A DNA stretch of 64,000 nt from Lytechinus pictus (GCF_037042905.1 NC_087251.1:13580001-13644000), one strand, 5' to 3'; positions 49,001-61,021 are shown, numbered from the stretch's first letter. Program-made: numbers and translations. Notes: generated from the letters alone by a model not told the origin.

Positions 49001-52000
49001 GTGATTTCTTTAGTGAAATTTGGGAAGTAAGCAGCATGATATTCAGACTTAACATAGAAAAGAAAGTTTCCATTTTAAGAATAGCTGAGAAAGAAAGTTT
49101 TTTGTCCTTCACTCTTCAAAGTTCTCAAGTGAGCAAGAAAGTGTTATCGCAGAGTGTAATAATATAATTGGCTTGTGACCTATAATACATGGCCTTGTAC
49201 CCATTCTCAGGGCACTATATCAGCAATTAAAAAAACATAAAAGACAAAAAACTTTGGGGGCTGCCCTTAATTTTCCTTTGTGTAATTACCTTTCCGGGAA
49301 TTATTACTACCTTACATGTGTCTTTCATCTAAGTATTAGTCCCATGCATTACATTTTCTGTACTGAATTTGTCTATAGCTTGTATTCTACCTTGAAGCCT
49401 GTGAGAGTGGATCCATGTTTGATGGAATGTCAAAGGACCTTAACATCTTTGCAACGACTGCAGCAAACCCAGATGAGTCTTCCTGGGGTTACTATTGTAA
49501 TAACTCTATGGATAACTGCTTGGGAGATGAGTACAGTATTCACTGGATGGAGGACTCGGATGTGGTAAGAAATTGCTAATGATTGTGGTTGGTAGAGATG
49601 ATGTGATGGTGTTTAATGATGGTGGGTGGTGGAGATGAGTGATAGTGTTTAATGATGGTGGGTGGTGGAGATGATGTGATGGTGTTATTAATGATAGTGG
49701 TGGTGGAGATGATGTGATGGTGTTATTAATGATAGTGGTGGTGGAGATGATGTGATGGTGTTATTAATGATAGTGGTGGTAGAGTTTATTTGATGGTGTT
49801 TACTGATAGTGGGTGGTGGAGATGATGTGATGGAGTTTAATGATGATGGGTGGTTGAGATGATGTGATGGTGTTATTAATGATGGTGGTGGAGATGATGT
49901 GATGGTGTTTAATGATGGTGGGTGGTGGAGATGATGTGATAGTGTTTAATGATGGTGGTGATGGAGATGATGTGATGGTGTTATTAATGATAGTGGTGGT
50001 GGAGATGATGTGATGGTGTTATTAATGATAGTGGTGGTAGAGTTTATTTGATGGTGTTTAATGATGGTGGGTGGTGGAGATGATGTGATGGAGTTTAATG
50101 ATGATGGGTGGTTGAGATAATGTGATGGTGTTATTAATGATAGTGGTGGTGGAGATGATGTGATGGTGTTTAATGATGGTGGTGGAGATGATGTGATGGT
50201 GTTTAATGATGGTGGGTGGTGGAGATGATGTGATGGTGTTATTAATGATAGTGGTGGTGGAGATGATGTGAGGGTGTTATTAATGATAGTGGTGGTGGTG
50301 GAGATGATGTGATGGTGTTTAATGATGGTGGGTGGTGGAGATGATGTGATGGTGTTATTAATGATAGTGGTGGTGGAGATGATGTGAGGGTGTTATTAAT
50401 GATAGTGGTGGTGGAGATGATGTGATGGTGTTTAATGATGGTGGTGGAGATGATGTGATGGTGTTTAATGATGGTGGGTGGTGGAGATGATGTGATGGTG
50501 TTTAATGATGGTGGGTGGTGGAGATGATGTGATGGTGTTATTAATGATAGTGGTGGTGGAGATGATGTGATGGTGTTTAATGATGGTGGTGGAGATGATG
50601 TGATGGTGTTTAATGATGGTGGGTGGTGGAGATGATGTGATGGTGTTATTAATGATGGTGGGTGGTGGAGATGATGTGAGGGTGTTATTAATGATAGTGG
50701 GTGGTGGAGATGATGTGAGGGTGTTATTAATGATGGTGGGTGGTGGAGATGATGTGATGGTGTTATTAATGATGGTGGGTGGTGGAGATGATGTGAGGGT
50801 GTTATTAATGATAGTGGTGGTGGTGGAGATGATGTGATGGTGTTTAATGGTGGTGGGTGGTGGAGATGATGTGATGGTGTTATTAATGATGGTGGTGGAG
50901 ATGATGTGATGGTGTTTAATGATGGTGGGTGGTGGAGATGATGTGATGGTGTTATTAATGATGGTGGTGGAGATGATGTGATGGTGTTTAATGATGGTGG
51001 GTGGTGGAGATGATGTGATGGTGTTATTAATAATAGTGGTGGTGGAGATGATGTGATGGTGTTATTAATGATAGTGGTGGTGGAGATTATGTGAAGGTGT
51101 TATTAATGATAGTGGTGATGGAGATGATGTGATGGTGTTTAATGGTGGTGGGTGGTGGAGATGATGTGATGGTGTTATTAATGATAGTGGTGGTGGAGAT
51201 GATGCGATGGTGTTATTAATGATAGTGGTGGTGGAGATGATGTGATGGTGTTTAATGATGGTCGGTGGTGGAGATGATGTGATGGTGTTATTAATGATAG
51301 TGGTGGTGGAGATGATGTGATGGTGTTATTAATGATGGTGGGTGGTGGAGGTGATGTGATGGTGTTATTAATGATGGTGGTGGTGGAGATGATGTGATGG
51401 TGTTATCAATGAGGACCAACGGCTTAAGGTCCTCTCCAAGGGACCTGATAATGAGGATTAATGCCTTACCAATGGGCACTAGCGCACCAAGTGGGAATTG
51501 AACCCAGGTCACTGGATTCCGAAACCCCTGCGCTACCGACTGAGCTATGATGATAGTGATGATGGTGGTGCTGATTATTCTACAGTAAAGATTTTAGTGA
51601 TGATGGTGTTGGTCACATGATGAATCAGGAATATTTTTTTTGTTTAAAAAGATGATTTACCACCCCTCTTCCTTCTCCTCTAGTGACAATCTGACCACAA
51701 ATTATTACCCTTCTCTGAATCCATTTGGTTGTCTAATGTCTGTACTATGCTGGACAGCGGCACCTTGCTTTTCAGAAAATAGCACCTATATAAATATTAT
51801 TCCATTAAAAAAAAATGCAGGAGGACCTGAGCTCAGAGACTTTGGACAAGCAGTTCCACATCGTAAAGCAAGAGACAAAGAAGAGCCATCCTCAGGAGTA
51901 TGGTAACCTTACAATGTCATCAGCTATGGTCAATCAGTATCAGGCCAGTCAGGGTGGTGAGATGCATATCATGAAGGATGTCCTGGTCCGTGAGCAGACT

Positions 52001-55000
52001 CCCATCAGTGAGGTAAGGAGGGGATGGTCCTATAAGAGGTGTTTCATAAAGCTGCTCGTAATGTTATGCATGATGTTATGAAGGGCTAGAATATGAAGTG
52101 CAGAAATGTGATCTTATTTATTTTTTCATGATAAACTACGACTAGTTTACAACAATCTTAAGATTGTACTTTGTGGCCCATATTCTGAACATTGGGTCAA
52201 CGTACATTGTTGTCTCAAGCAGTGATTTCACGATGGGTATCCAAATGTGGAATATTAATGTAGGAGTTGTGTCTTGTATATTTCATCAGAATATTTTGCA
52301 CTCCAACTTTTGGGAATACAATGTTATTACAGGGCACTGGAATGCTATTGGTTTCATTTTTCAAATCATCACTTAAAAAAAAAGTAGTTTTGCTTAAGTA
52401 GGTGATTCCCCAAATGCCTCCCAAGTTCATACACTTTCATCTATGTAGAGAAATCATAAGAAAAGCATACATAAACTTCAGTTCTTGTCTAGATTTGGAA
52501 TTATGGTAGAATCATTGTCGATCACCAAAATGAGAATATATTTTTCTAATTTCTGCTGAGAATCACACGCACTCTACACTGAAAATCATGAAAAAATGCG
52601 CCTGTCTGTTGTACATGTAGCTGTTACTTGAAATATGATTGTGAGGGCATATGAAAACTGAAATTTTACAATGGAGAATTTTTTATGATGCTTTTCATAT
52701 CTTTCCTATCTTGGAAAGATTTTGATAGCTCACAATAGTCTTTATGCATCCATAATCTCATATCGCCCTCCATCAGAGGATATTGGAATATTGCATAAAT
52801 AGAGATTTCAGTGATTTGCCATCTGCAGATCACCATAGCATGCAAGACAATGGCTTCAGCCTCTTAAGATGTAGCGTGATGATGTCAGTGCTAGAGGTCC
52901 ATAATTATTTCCATCTTTCCCACCACTGTATCATCAAGTTTATATTTGCATTATTCTGTCGTTTAGCTTGATTTTGTACCATCCCGAGAGGTTGAGATGA
53001 CTATGCTGTACCGTCGTCTGATGAAGACCACTCATCCTACAGACAGGGATGCTATACTCAAGAAGATCATGGTCTTAGCTCAGGTAGGCCGACACTTTGT
53101 ATCCATCCACAGTTGCAGATCCCAGGGAAAAGGAGGGGTATGCCCCTCTTTGCCTCCCATTTGTCAAGTGATAACATTAGTAAATGGGTACCAGTAGGAA
53201 GTAATTCCTTAAAAGCTGTGAGCACCGGAATCAGTAGACTAGCTTAGCCGGGGAAACATAGGAGCCGGCGCCTTGAGCACCTAACAAGGTGGTAACGTGC
53301 GCTATAAAAATCCTATATTATTATTATTTATTTGTCATGTTTGTTTTATGAGTTAGAACTTTTGAGAGGATATCTATACTTGTCAATGTCTAACAATTCT
53401 GTGGAAATAGAAAAATACCTATTTTCAGTGTCGCTTCATCTAAAGTTGTCAGTTTTTCATTGGGTCTTTATCTGTGCATGACAAAACCCTCAGGGAATCG
53501 GTACGAGTGTGTGTGGCATGTACTTGAAACATAAGTACATTTTTTCATTTCAAGTTGCTGTAATGGAGCAAATATTCTTCCTTATATAAATAAAGTTATT
53601 CTTGTAATTTTTCTGTATTCACTACTTTGTCTACTACTTGTTGTTAAGTGTGTTAAGATCGAATAAAATAATTTTTTTGAACTTGGATGTGAATCTCTGC
53701 TTTGATTGTACTTTGTAGACCCAGCGTAACATCATCCAGACCATGCGTAGCATCATCATGTCTGTGACCTCTGACCCTGAGGCTGTAGAAGCTCATCTCC
53801 AGCGTCCCGAACAGCTCAGGATCCTCGACTCTGTTTGCTACCATAGTGCCGTCAAACTCTTCTCCGATACTTGCTTCAGGCTTGGACAGGTAACTTGATC
53901 AATATCCACTATGATATCCTTCCCCAGTCTATATGTGACCACTGAGCTTAAAACCCATAACAGTTACCCAGAAAAAAACAAAATGCATGAATATGTATAA
54001 ATGATCCGAGTACATATTCATGTAAGTAAATTGTGGGATGTTTCACAAAGTGTGACTTTATAGTCGCACTTAAATTCCCAATGTGCGGCATGAAAGGCAT
54101 CACCTCATCAGTCAAATAATGCCAATAAGATTTTTTAAGTGTTACACATCATATGACTGTTGACATTTAGAGCCTTTCTTAAGCATTGGTAAATACCCCA
54201 ATATGTAGCTATCACTATATTATATGAATGTGCTTGCCATAAAACCAATGTGATGTGGAGGATATGTAATGAAAATGTGTTTTACAGTTTAAGTTTTGTT
54301 ATTTTACATGAAAATTTACTATGATCGGTTGCCTGATCAAATGAAATATCTACATGGTTTTCCATTTGATATTAAACCTCTTCCAAAGCATGGACTGGGC
54401 TGAAAATTTCAGGATATAATTTTTATCAGCTTCTTCATGCCAAATTCCTTAAATATGAAAGTTAGACGTTCAAAATGCCCTTTTAACAGAGAATAAATAT
54501 ATTGTCGAGAGGGCACTTGATATGTTTGATTTGAATATTTTAATGTTCAGAGAGAATCTGCAGTTGAAAAAAAAAGATCAGATGACTACTTCAAGTTTTC
54601 AAGATTGGAAATAGATAATACTTCAATTTAATTCCCACTATTGAAGTTAGTTACTGAAGTATCTATTATGACGTTTATTCTGCTTTGTATATGTTTATTA
54701 TCTGAAAAATGAAAATAAATAAATTGGATTGACCCTTTACTAAAGACGGGCTTGAAGCATGATTCTAAAACTCTTTGTGATATACCCCTAGGCCTATCGG
54801 CTGATGAGCTTTTCTTGTCCTGGGCAACTATGTCATTATTCAATAGATTCTGGTACAAATCAACCTTATGAAGAGGTAGGGCAGGAGACGGTTTCAAATG
54901 ATGATGATGACGACAATAGAATGTAAAGCTCCTCAATGTCAGGGTGCCAGTGATGTATGGAGGTTTATATCTGTAGTATGCATAGGTTAAAATTTTGTTT

Positions 55001-56769
55001 ATGTACTTTATTTTCAGAATGACTATGCTATGGGCATTATCTATGCCTTTGCCAACATGTGTAATGAGAATGTCCAACAAGATAGGTAAGTATTACCAGT
55101 ACTATTTTGTTGCTATTCTTTTTATGGAAAGATGAAAATTTTCTTTGAAAAATTTAATACATGAGTTTACATATTAAATGGTAAGCCTACCACATGAGAT
55201 GTTGATGGAAAGAGAAATCAAATAAAAGTTGTATCAATATTGGATATGAAGTAAGTGAAACTTTAAAATTTGTAATCTGTGGACAACAGCTTAATGGGGG
55301 AATGGGTGTGCTCTGAAATTCCTAATGATTATTGAGGGGCAATGGATTCTGCAATGCAACATTTCATTCCTCATTAATATTTGGGCTTACCTCAATCACT
55401 GGCGGATCCAGGGGGGGGGGGGCAAAGCCGGCCCGTGCCCCCTTTTGTAAAATTTGTAATGTAAAATGCCGTTAAAACATAAAGGTGCCCCCCTTTTGAA
55501 AGTGAAGAACATTTTTTTTTTGCTTGCTTGCTTGTCAAATTTATTCGTGGACGAAATATCCTTAATTTTTGGTTAAAACCATTCTTTTTTTCTTTGCTTG
55601 TCAAATTTTTCCTCAGAAAAATGTGATGTGCCCCCCTTTTAGAAAACCCTTGATCCACCCCTGCCATTAATAATCTGTAAACATTGAAATATTCTATTCT
55701 TTATTTCATATGTTAAATACAAATGAAGTAGCGTGTGTGTGACATCGACTTTTATTTGCATATCACCCATTTTGTGCATTTAACTGTATGGGGGAAAATA
55801 TTAAAGCAAAACTTAAAAACTTGTGATTTGTGGACAACACTTTAATGGGGAATGGGTGTGCTCTGAAATTCCAAATGATTATTGAGGGGCAATGGATTCT
55901 AAAAAACTGTATTACATTCAATTCGTCGGCGGTCATCCGAATCGTCTTATCAGGTCAATTTTGGTCCAAAAAAAAAATTCAATTTTGAGATTTTTGCAGA
56001 AAATGAAAGTACAAGTCCTACTCTATTCATCATTCAATTTCTAGGCAGCAATTTATTTTATTTTCTGAGGTATGAGAGGATTTTCACGGCGATGCCATAC
56101 AAAATTTTAATAAAATGTGCAAATCCCATTGGAAACGTGTACTGTAACAGAGCGATACAACGTTTTGACTGACCGCGATTTCAATGCGCGCGGTCAGCCA
56201 AATCAAAACGTCATATCGCTTTTCACGTGCAAAGTCAAAGCAGTGCCCAGTGCCGATATGACGTTTTGACTGATGGTCAGTCAAAACATTGTATCGCTTT
56301 TTCCCTATGGCGTTTTTGTACAGGGAAAATCTAAGCCGCTCAAACCGAATTCACAAGCATGTAGCTCTTTTGCCATATTTTCTCGGATCTTTAGTTTTGT
56401 GTAAAAACGAAGATACCATTGTCAAGCAATTTTTCTTGGTCTTTCTAACCATTTTTTTTTCTAGCATTGAATATGTTGTAAGGCTGGGGAACTAGGTGTG
56501 AAAATTATAGTAAACTTTGAATTCGATTTTCTCTGAAACGGGTTTGCACTGTCGCATGTGTGATACGACAGTTCGGATGACCGCCAACGAATTTATGATT
56601 GAAAAGTCATGTGTTTGCCTCTAAGGAATGACCCATTATCATCAGAAACTTCACATATGTCCTCAAAGAAAGCTTAAATAATTACTCGTTCTTTCAGTCA
56701 GAAATTGTAAATTGTAAATTAATTTTATCTTTAAACAGGATCTTGAATGCCATCAAGAATGTCTGCTAG
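28048..56769 (+). CDS. LGMN: Legumain (asparaginyl endopeptidase, peptidase C13), complete, 442 aa
   Basis: 12 GT-AG exons: 28048-28206, 40764-40861, 44356-44437, 45956-46041, 46742-46817, 48657-48719, 49379-49564, 51821-52012, 52967-53083, 53719-53889, 55018-55085, 56739-56769 (TAG); 1329 nt in frame. Signal peptide [49 protein letters not shown], catalytic DHG and EACESGS, WMEDSD, and a C-terminal LSAM prodomain with four Cys. Confidence 0.95.
28860..29170 (-). mobile_element. Decayed 3' fragment of a non-LTR retrotransposon (RTEX/L2-like)
   Basis: Minus strand reads [23 protein letters not shown], resembling a LINE ORF2 C-terminus, followed by a short UTR and a GAAGAA-type tail (ggggcagtgtacccagagaataagaagaaa). 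Confidence 0.55.
31376..31526. mobile_element. Harbinger/Tourist-type MITE (151 bp)
   Basis: Perfect 26-bp inverted repeat ACCTTGGTCACATTTGCTCTACGGCG; TTA TSD (31373-31375, 31527-31529). Confidence 0.85.
33007..34359. mobile_element. Tc1/mariner-type non-autonomous element with long (~290 bp) imperfect TIRs
   Basis: TA|CAGTGCGTATAAAAAAA ... TTTTTTTATACGCACTG|TT (right TSD mutated); inverted similarity continues through gaaaagtctataaaa, catgcttgagc and gcgccaaaatggca. Confidence 0.8.
36080..36364 (+). mobile_element. 3' UTR/tail remnant of a CR1/L2-group LINE
   Basis: Stem-loop cagggctctctt..gaagagactaccctg followed by AATAAA and (TAAA)n. Confidence 0.5.
36590..36787 (-). mobile_element. tRNA-derived SINE (5' part)
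   Basis: Minus strand has GGCGCGATAGCTCAATCGGTAG (A box) and GGTTCGATTCCC (B box), followed by a non-tRNA body shared with 51411..51547. Confidence 0.8.
38195..38620 (-). mobile_element. Diverged HINE family member, reverse orientation
   Basis: Minus strand starts tttttGTCTCGCCTGCAT..GCAGAG; contains tgacctttgacct and aaccttggttaagattt motifs. Confidence 0.7.
38759..38971. mobile_element. hAT-type MITE (213 bp)
   Basis: Perfect 8-bp TSD TTTCTATG (38751-38758, 38972-38979); TIR CACTAGCGTACCTA / TAGGTACGCTACTG; internal ccccctgacgag repeats. Confidence 0.85.
41271..42061. mobile_element. Sola-like MITE (791 bp)
   Basis: 4-bp TSD ATAT; TIR GGAGAGTTTTATTCCAAATGGAGCTAAATCCA / TGGATTTAGCCCCTTTTGGAATCAAGCTCTTC; internal repeats of ggatttagctccttttggaataaaa. 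Confidence 0.7.
46250..46535. repeat. Polypurine (GA-rich) tract with an internal ~39-bp duplication
   Basis: aaaaggaagaaaggatgggtgagaagaaagaagagga occurs twice; the + strand is almost purely purine. Confidence 0.8.
47365..48319 (+). mobile_element. Full-length HINE, second copy (legumain intron 5)
   Basis: Same termini and internal units as 18259..19215, differing by only a few substitutions and microsatellite length. Confidence 0.85.
48736..48955. mobile_element. Tc1-type MITE (220 bp)
   Basis: TA|CAGTGGTGCTCAAATA ... TTTTTTAGCACAACTG|TA; starts 16 nt after the legumain exon 6 donor. Confidence 0.7.
49581..51410. repeat. Minisatellite, ~50 units of 33-41 bp
   Basis: Units such as GGAGATGATGTGATGGTGTTTAATGATGGTGGGTGGT (37) and GGAGATGATGTGATGGTGTTATTAATGATAGTGGTGGT (38). 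Confidence 0.95.
51411..51547 (-). mobile_element. tRNA-derived SINE (5' part)
   Basis: Minus strand has TAGCTCAGTCGG (A box, 51536-51547) and GGTTCAATTCCC (B box, 51493-51504); body ..GGAGAGGACCTTAAGCCGTTGGTCC. Confidence 0.8.
53180..53330 (+). mobile_element. SINE 3' half with L2-like tail
   Basis: taaatgggtacc..gcgccttgagcac..gtgcgctataaaaatcc followed by (TAT)n. Confidence 0.55.
55397..55663. mobile_element. hAT-type MITE
   Basis: TIR CACTGGCGGATCCAGG / CCTTGATCCACCCCTG; internal tgcccccctttt and tttgcttgtcaaattt repeats; TSD degenerate. Confidence 0.65.
55924..56589. mobile_element. Sola1-like MITE (666 bp)
   Basis: AATT TSD; TIR CGTCGGCGGTCATCCGAA / TTCGGATGACCGCCAACG; internal palindromes (cgttttgactgaccgcg..cgcggtcagcc). 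Confidence 0.7.
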
Positions 56770-57211
56770 AGTGTACAACCAATCCAGTGGTCTCAGTAAT
56801 CTGATAGAAACTGAAATAAGCTGCTGCAGTCTAAAGTGTGTTTTTCAAAAGAAATCAAAATTTACTGAATATCATTTCCAGTGATCCATGGATATAATGT
56901 AGAATGAATGTGTACTAGGTGCCAATGAATTATGGAATGTAAAGCACATACCTGGGTGGAGTTTTTTTGCATGACTGAAACATGTTCTTAGATGCCACGT
57001 TAGTAGCACAAGAAAGGATTAAGAGTCATGCGTATGAAACCCTATAAAAAATTGATGGAGACCCACCATGTTAAAGGGTTTACTAATTATGCAATATTAA
57101 TTGTCGCTTGGTGTATCGCTTCTTTCCAGGTGGTGTTTTGTATCTGATTTTGCAATATTTTGTATTCTCCTTCCACAATGTTGTATGTTTAATACACAAG
57201 TTTTCAATATA

Positions 57212-57708
57212 CAGTGCGTCCCACAAAAAAAGAAACCTGTTTTCAGAGACAGATATCACAATTATTAGATATGTTTTTACTCTAATTTAGATATTTAAGG
57301 TTACAGTAAAATCTTATCTTTAATATGAGACCAACATCGGAGCAAATCGTTAAATCGTTCGTGCATGGCAGATTAAAAATAATAAATGCTGAGGCATGCC
57401 AGAAATGATTTGCGCAGAAACTCATGTGTGAATCTGAATCCACTCTCATTTCAGGGATCAGTGAGGGAAACTTACAAAGAATACAAAAGATACCTGACCC
57501 AATCGTCGAATAAGCTTGGTCGCCGTATCGCGAACCAATGTTGTTCAACCTTTCTGCGCAACTCTTGCTCATTAATGTGCGAAGTGTTTGTCTCACATTA
57601 GGCATCAAAATATAGAAGAATAATGTAAATGGAATATCAAGATTCATTTTCCTTTGAAGAAAAAAAAAGACATGGGAATCCTGGTTTCCTTTTTTCTGTG
57701 ATGCACTG
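57212..57708. mobile_element. Tc1/mariner-type MITE downstream of the legumain stop (probable 3' UTR)
   Basis: TA|CAGTGCGTCCCACAAAAAAAGAAACC ... GGTTTCCTTTTTTCTGTGATGCACTG|TA. Confidence 0.7.
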
Positions 57709-60700
57709 TATAGTCATGCTATAGCTATATGAACTAGAACATGGTCTTTCAAATAACCCTTTTCACTTAAATTGTTGTGCCTAAATCTAATTTTGTAAGA
57801 GTGATTAATAGGCTTTTATTTAGATAATCTATTCCATGTCAAATCTTTTTTGAAATGGGATATTAATTAATCATGGAAATGTAAGATTCATAAATTATTC
57901 ATGTTAATATAGTATGTTAATTCATAGTACTAACTTGTTCTTTATGTTTTATATGAAATTTAATACAAAATTAATAAAATACATAATTTACTCAGCAAAT
58001 TATTGTTTCATTTTCTTATGAATGCATTTAATAGTTGTCATCTGTACCCAAAATGGATTCATGGTTTAGAACATGACATTTTACACTCTTGTTTATAAAT
58101 GACTATACATATTATGTAAATACAGTTATTTACAAAACAAAGCAATAAAACTGGACAATAGTCAGCATTAACCCGACACCTATAATAAATAAACAAAAAT
58201 AATATCACAATACATATATAAACATTCTTCCCACATTTTTGGAAACATTCATTGTCATGAACCTGGTGCAATACAAGGATGAATTATCCAGTAACCCAAT
58301 AATACATTCAAACCCCAGCTATGTATTTGCATCATATTAGACTGATTTTATATTTTTGAGCTGATTTTTTTTTTTTCCTCAATATCATTTTCTAAAATCT
58401 ATTAGAAATAGTCCTATTCAAATTAGACGGGAAAAAGGCAGTTTCCCCGATTTATATCAGAATCGGAGTAAATCGAACCAAATCAAATGAAGGCAGTTTT
58501 TATGCTTGTTCATAAATTCAATAAATCCCAATATTTCTGTATACTATACAGGGTAAATGAATACAAAATGATACATTTGATGAATATTAATTTCAGTACA
58601 GGCTTTAAAAGATTAAGTACATTAGATAATGATATAATGGTAGTTTCAGTAAATAAAAGTAATAAGCAGAATTAAAGTTATTGTAACCTGTAGTATCAAT
58701 TTTGTCCATACGCAGTGCAGAGGGATCTACATAACAAGAGATGCATGATAAAGTTGTTTCATGGTATTCTTGTTAACAAGTAGCAACAATTATAATTTAT
58801 TGTATTCATTACAGGCTTATGTTCTTACCGAGACTTTTACATTAGTCAGTTTCTTAGATGTTTTATCTATCAAAAAATCTTGGAGATACTAAATTCAACT
58901 CTGGTCTTATTGCCCACCAGGACATCTAAATGGAATCCTGTTTTTTTTTCCTCATTAGCGAAGAAGGTCAACACTGTTGCTACAAGTTAGTGTGACGTCA
59001 GCTAGTCAAAATCACACACAAAACAAAGCTCTTGTGAAATTTACACAAAATGTGCCTTATTTTTCTGAATTGCATACAATCCCAAAGTGAAAATGATGAA
59101 TACCAAACGAAAATACAAATGCCTCGCCTTTTGTCGCAACTTGCATCTTTTTACATGCATAAATTACATTAAAACAGTTAATATTGACAAGTGTAGGCAC
59201 ATTTTTGTACATGACATTCTACAATATAGGTAATGTTGAGACCCAATTATACAGAATTTATTCTGAATGATAGCAGCATTATGTTAAAGCTTTGCCAAAG
59301 CTCTGAACAGTGAAGTGTTACCACAAATACATATATCAGACTGTCAGATAAGGATCTGGTCAACCCTAATAGCACTGGGCCACTAAGGGTCCCATTTCTG
59401 ATCTTGAGGGCCACTGCATTGAAAAAATTGTAAAAGCTCACTTCATTTCTGTGCATTTCTTTTCCATTCCCTTTTTTTCAGTGAATATTATTACACACCA
59501 TCCAACAAGCAAAATTGATAGGTGACCAATTATTAGAGTGGAAAATAATTGTTCTAAAAAACCAACTTCCACTGAATTTACACAAAGTCTAGTACATTGT
59601 TGTACTTTCAGCTATACCCGTATGTCGTGATTTTGGTGTCAAAAAGTTGGAAAAGACAGATAAAAAGTGCAGTTCTGTGCATTTTGATGATGCCCCCTCC
59701 CAGTCCTGTTAGGGTTAATGACATTATTACAAAATTCTTGCAAGAACATAGTAATTGTGGTTGTCCAAATAGCTTCCTTAAACTGTAATATAGATGTGCT
59801 TATTATATCATGTCCTTTATGCCTACAACTGGTCAATTTAAAAAAAATCACTGATATGAAAACTAAATCTTTATATGTGTCTGAAATTTCAGAACTGTTT
59901 ATATGTCAAGTCCATTTTGTTGAATTGCCCATCAGTTTGCTTCACCCAGCTTTAAAACTCCTACCCCCATTTATCTCTACAGACAAAGGTATCAAATCAC
60001 AACATTCCTACTGATGAAGAAATTGATATTTAATGCTCACCAACATCCACTTATGGAAAACATAAAGAATTCTTTACGAAAGACATGCTATAACTACACG
60101 AACATGTAGTATGTCAGACTTTGGAAGCCTTTCACAACAATAATAATATATATCAACCTACTGTATTCTCTCCTACACACATGTTCTGAACACATGTTGA
60201 CTCATACATGCATTTATTTTTGTTTCTTTTACTTTTGTTTTAAAGAAATGATTAACATGTATATAACATATCTTTATAAAAGATTATGTACACCATAAAT
60301 CAATATAATTTGATAGCACTGCTCACACCCATTCCTTCTATGAAATGGAACAATCTGCGATAAATTGATGTCTTATTCAGAAAAATACAGCTTGACAGGA
60401 TTACTTGTGGCCCACAAAGTTTAAAAACTGATTTTTATGATCAATTATATAGAATGATCAATACAATCAATAATAAAAATCAGTCCTATGATCAATTTAA
60501 ATTTTGTGTTACGGGGCCCATCATCTTCCTGAATAATTCTGATATTGTTCACAATACCAATAAAGATTTTAAGTCTTTAAATACAACATCATCTATGTGG
60601 ATACCCTCGTCCCAATTAATGACATGCATTCACATGATTTTCATATATAACTAATGATGCATGGAGTTGTCAAGTCAATGTAAAAATGTTGCATTGTGAA

Positions 60701-61021
60701 AATTGATGTCGCACACCTCCCTTGTCATAGAAACCGTTTCTTTAGTCATACATTCTTATCCATTTTTTCTTGTTTTCATATGTTAAAAACCAGGAACATT
60801 TACCAGATTCAACTGCTGTCATACATTTCATAAATCTAAAGAAAGAAAAGATGTTCATTTCTTGTCATATGCCTTGTTAATGCCCTTCAAAGACACCATA
60901 ATGTAAAAATAACAAAGACTAGTTTTGTGTAAAATATATGCATTCCCAATCCACTTTGTGCACCTTTGTTTTAACGTCACTTATATTCCAACTGTGTGTG
61001 TTCCTGTATACCTTGGAGATA

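Noticed and set aside
49581..51410. CRISPR-like array of ~37-bp repeats and the repetitive ORF 50613..50837
   Set aside because: Head-to-tail units with no unique spacers, no cas genes, and located in a spliceosomal intron.
54628..55080. 150-aa minus-strand ORF
   Set aside because: Antisense to a legumain intron and exon; no recognisable motif or splice support.
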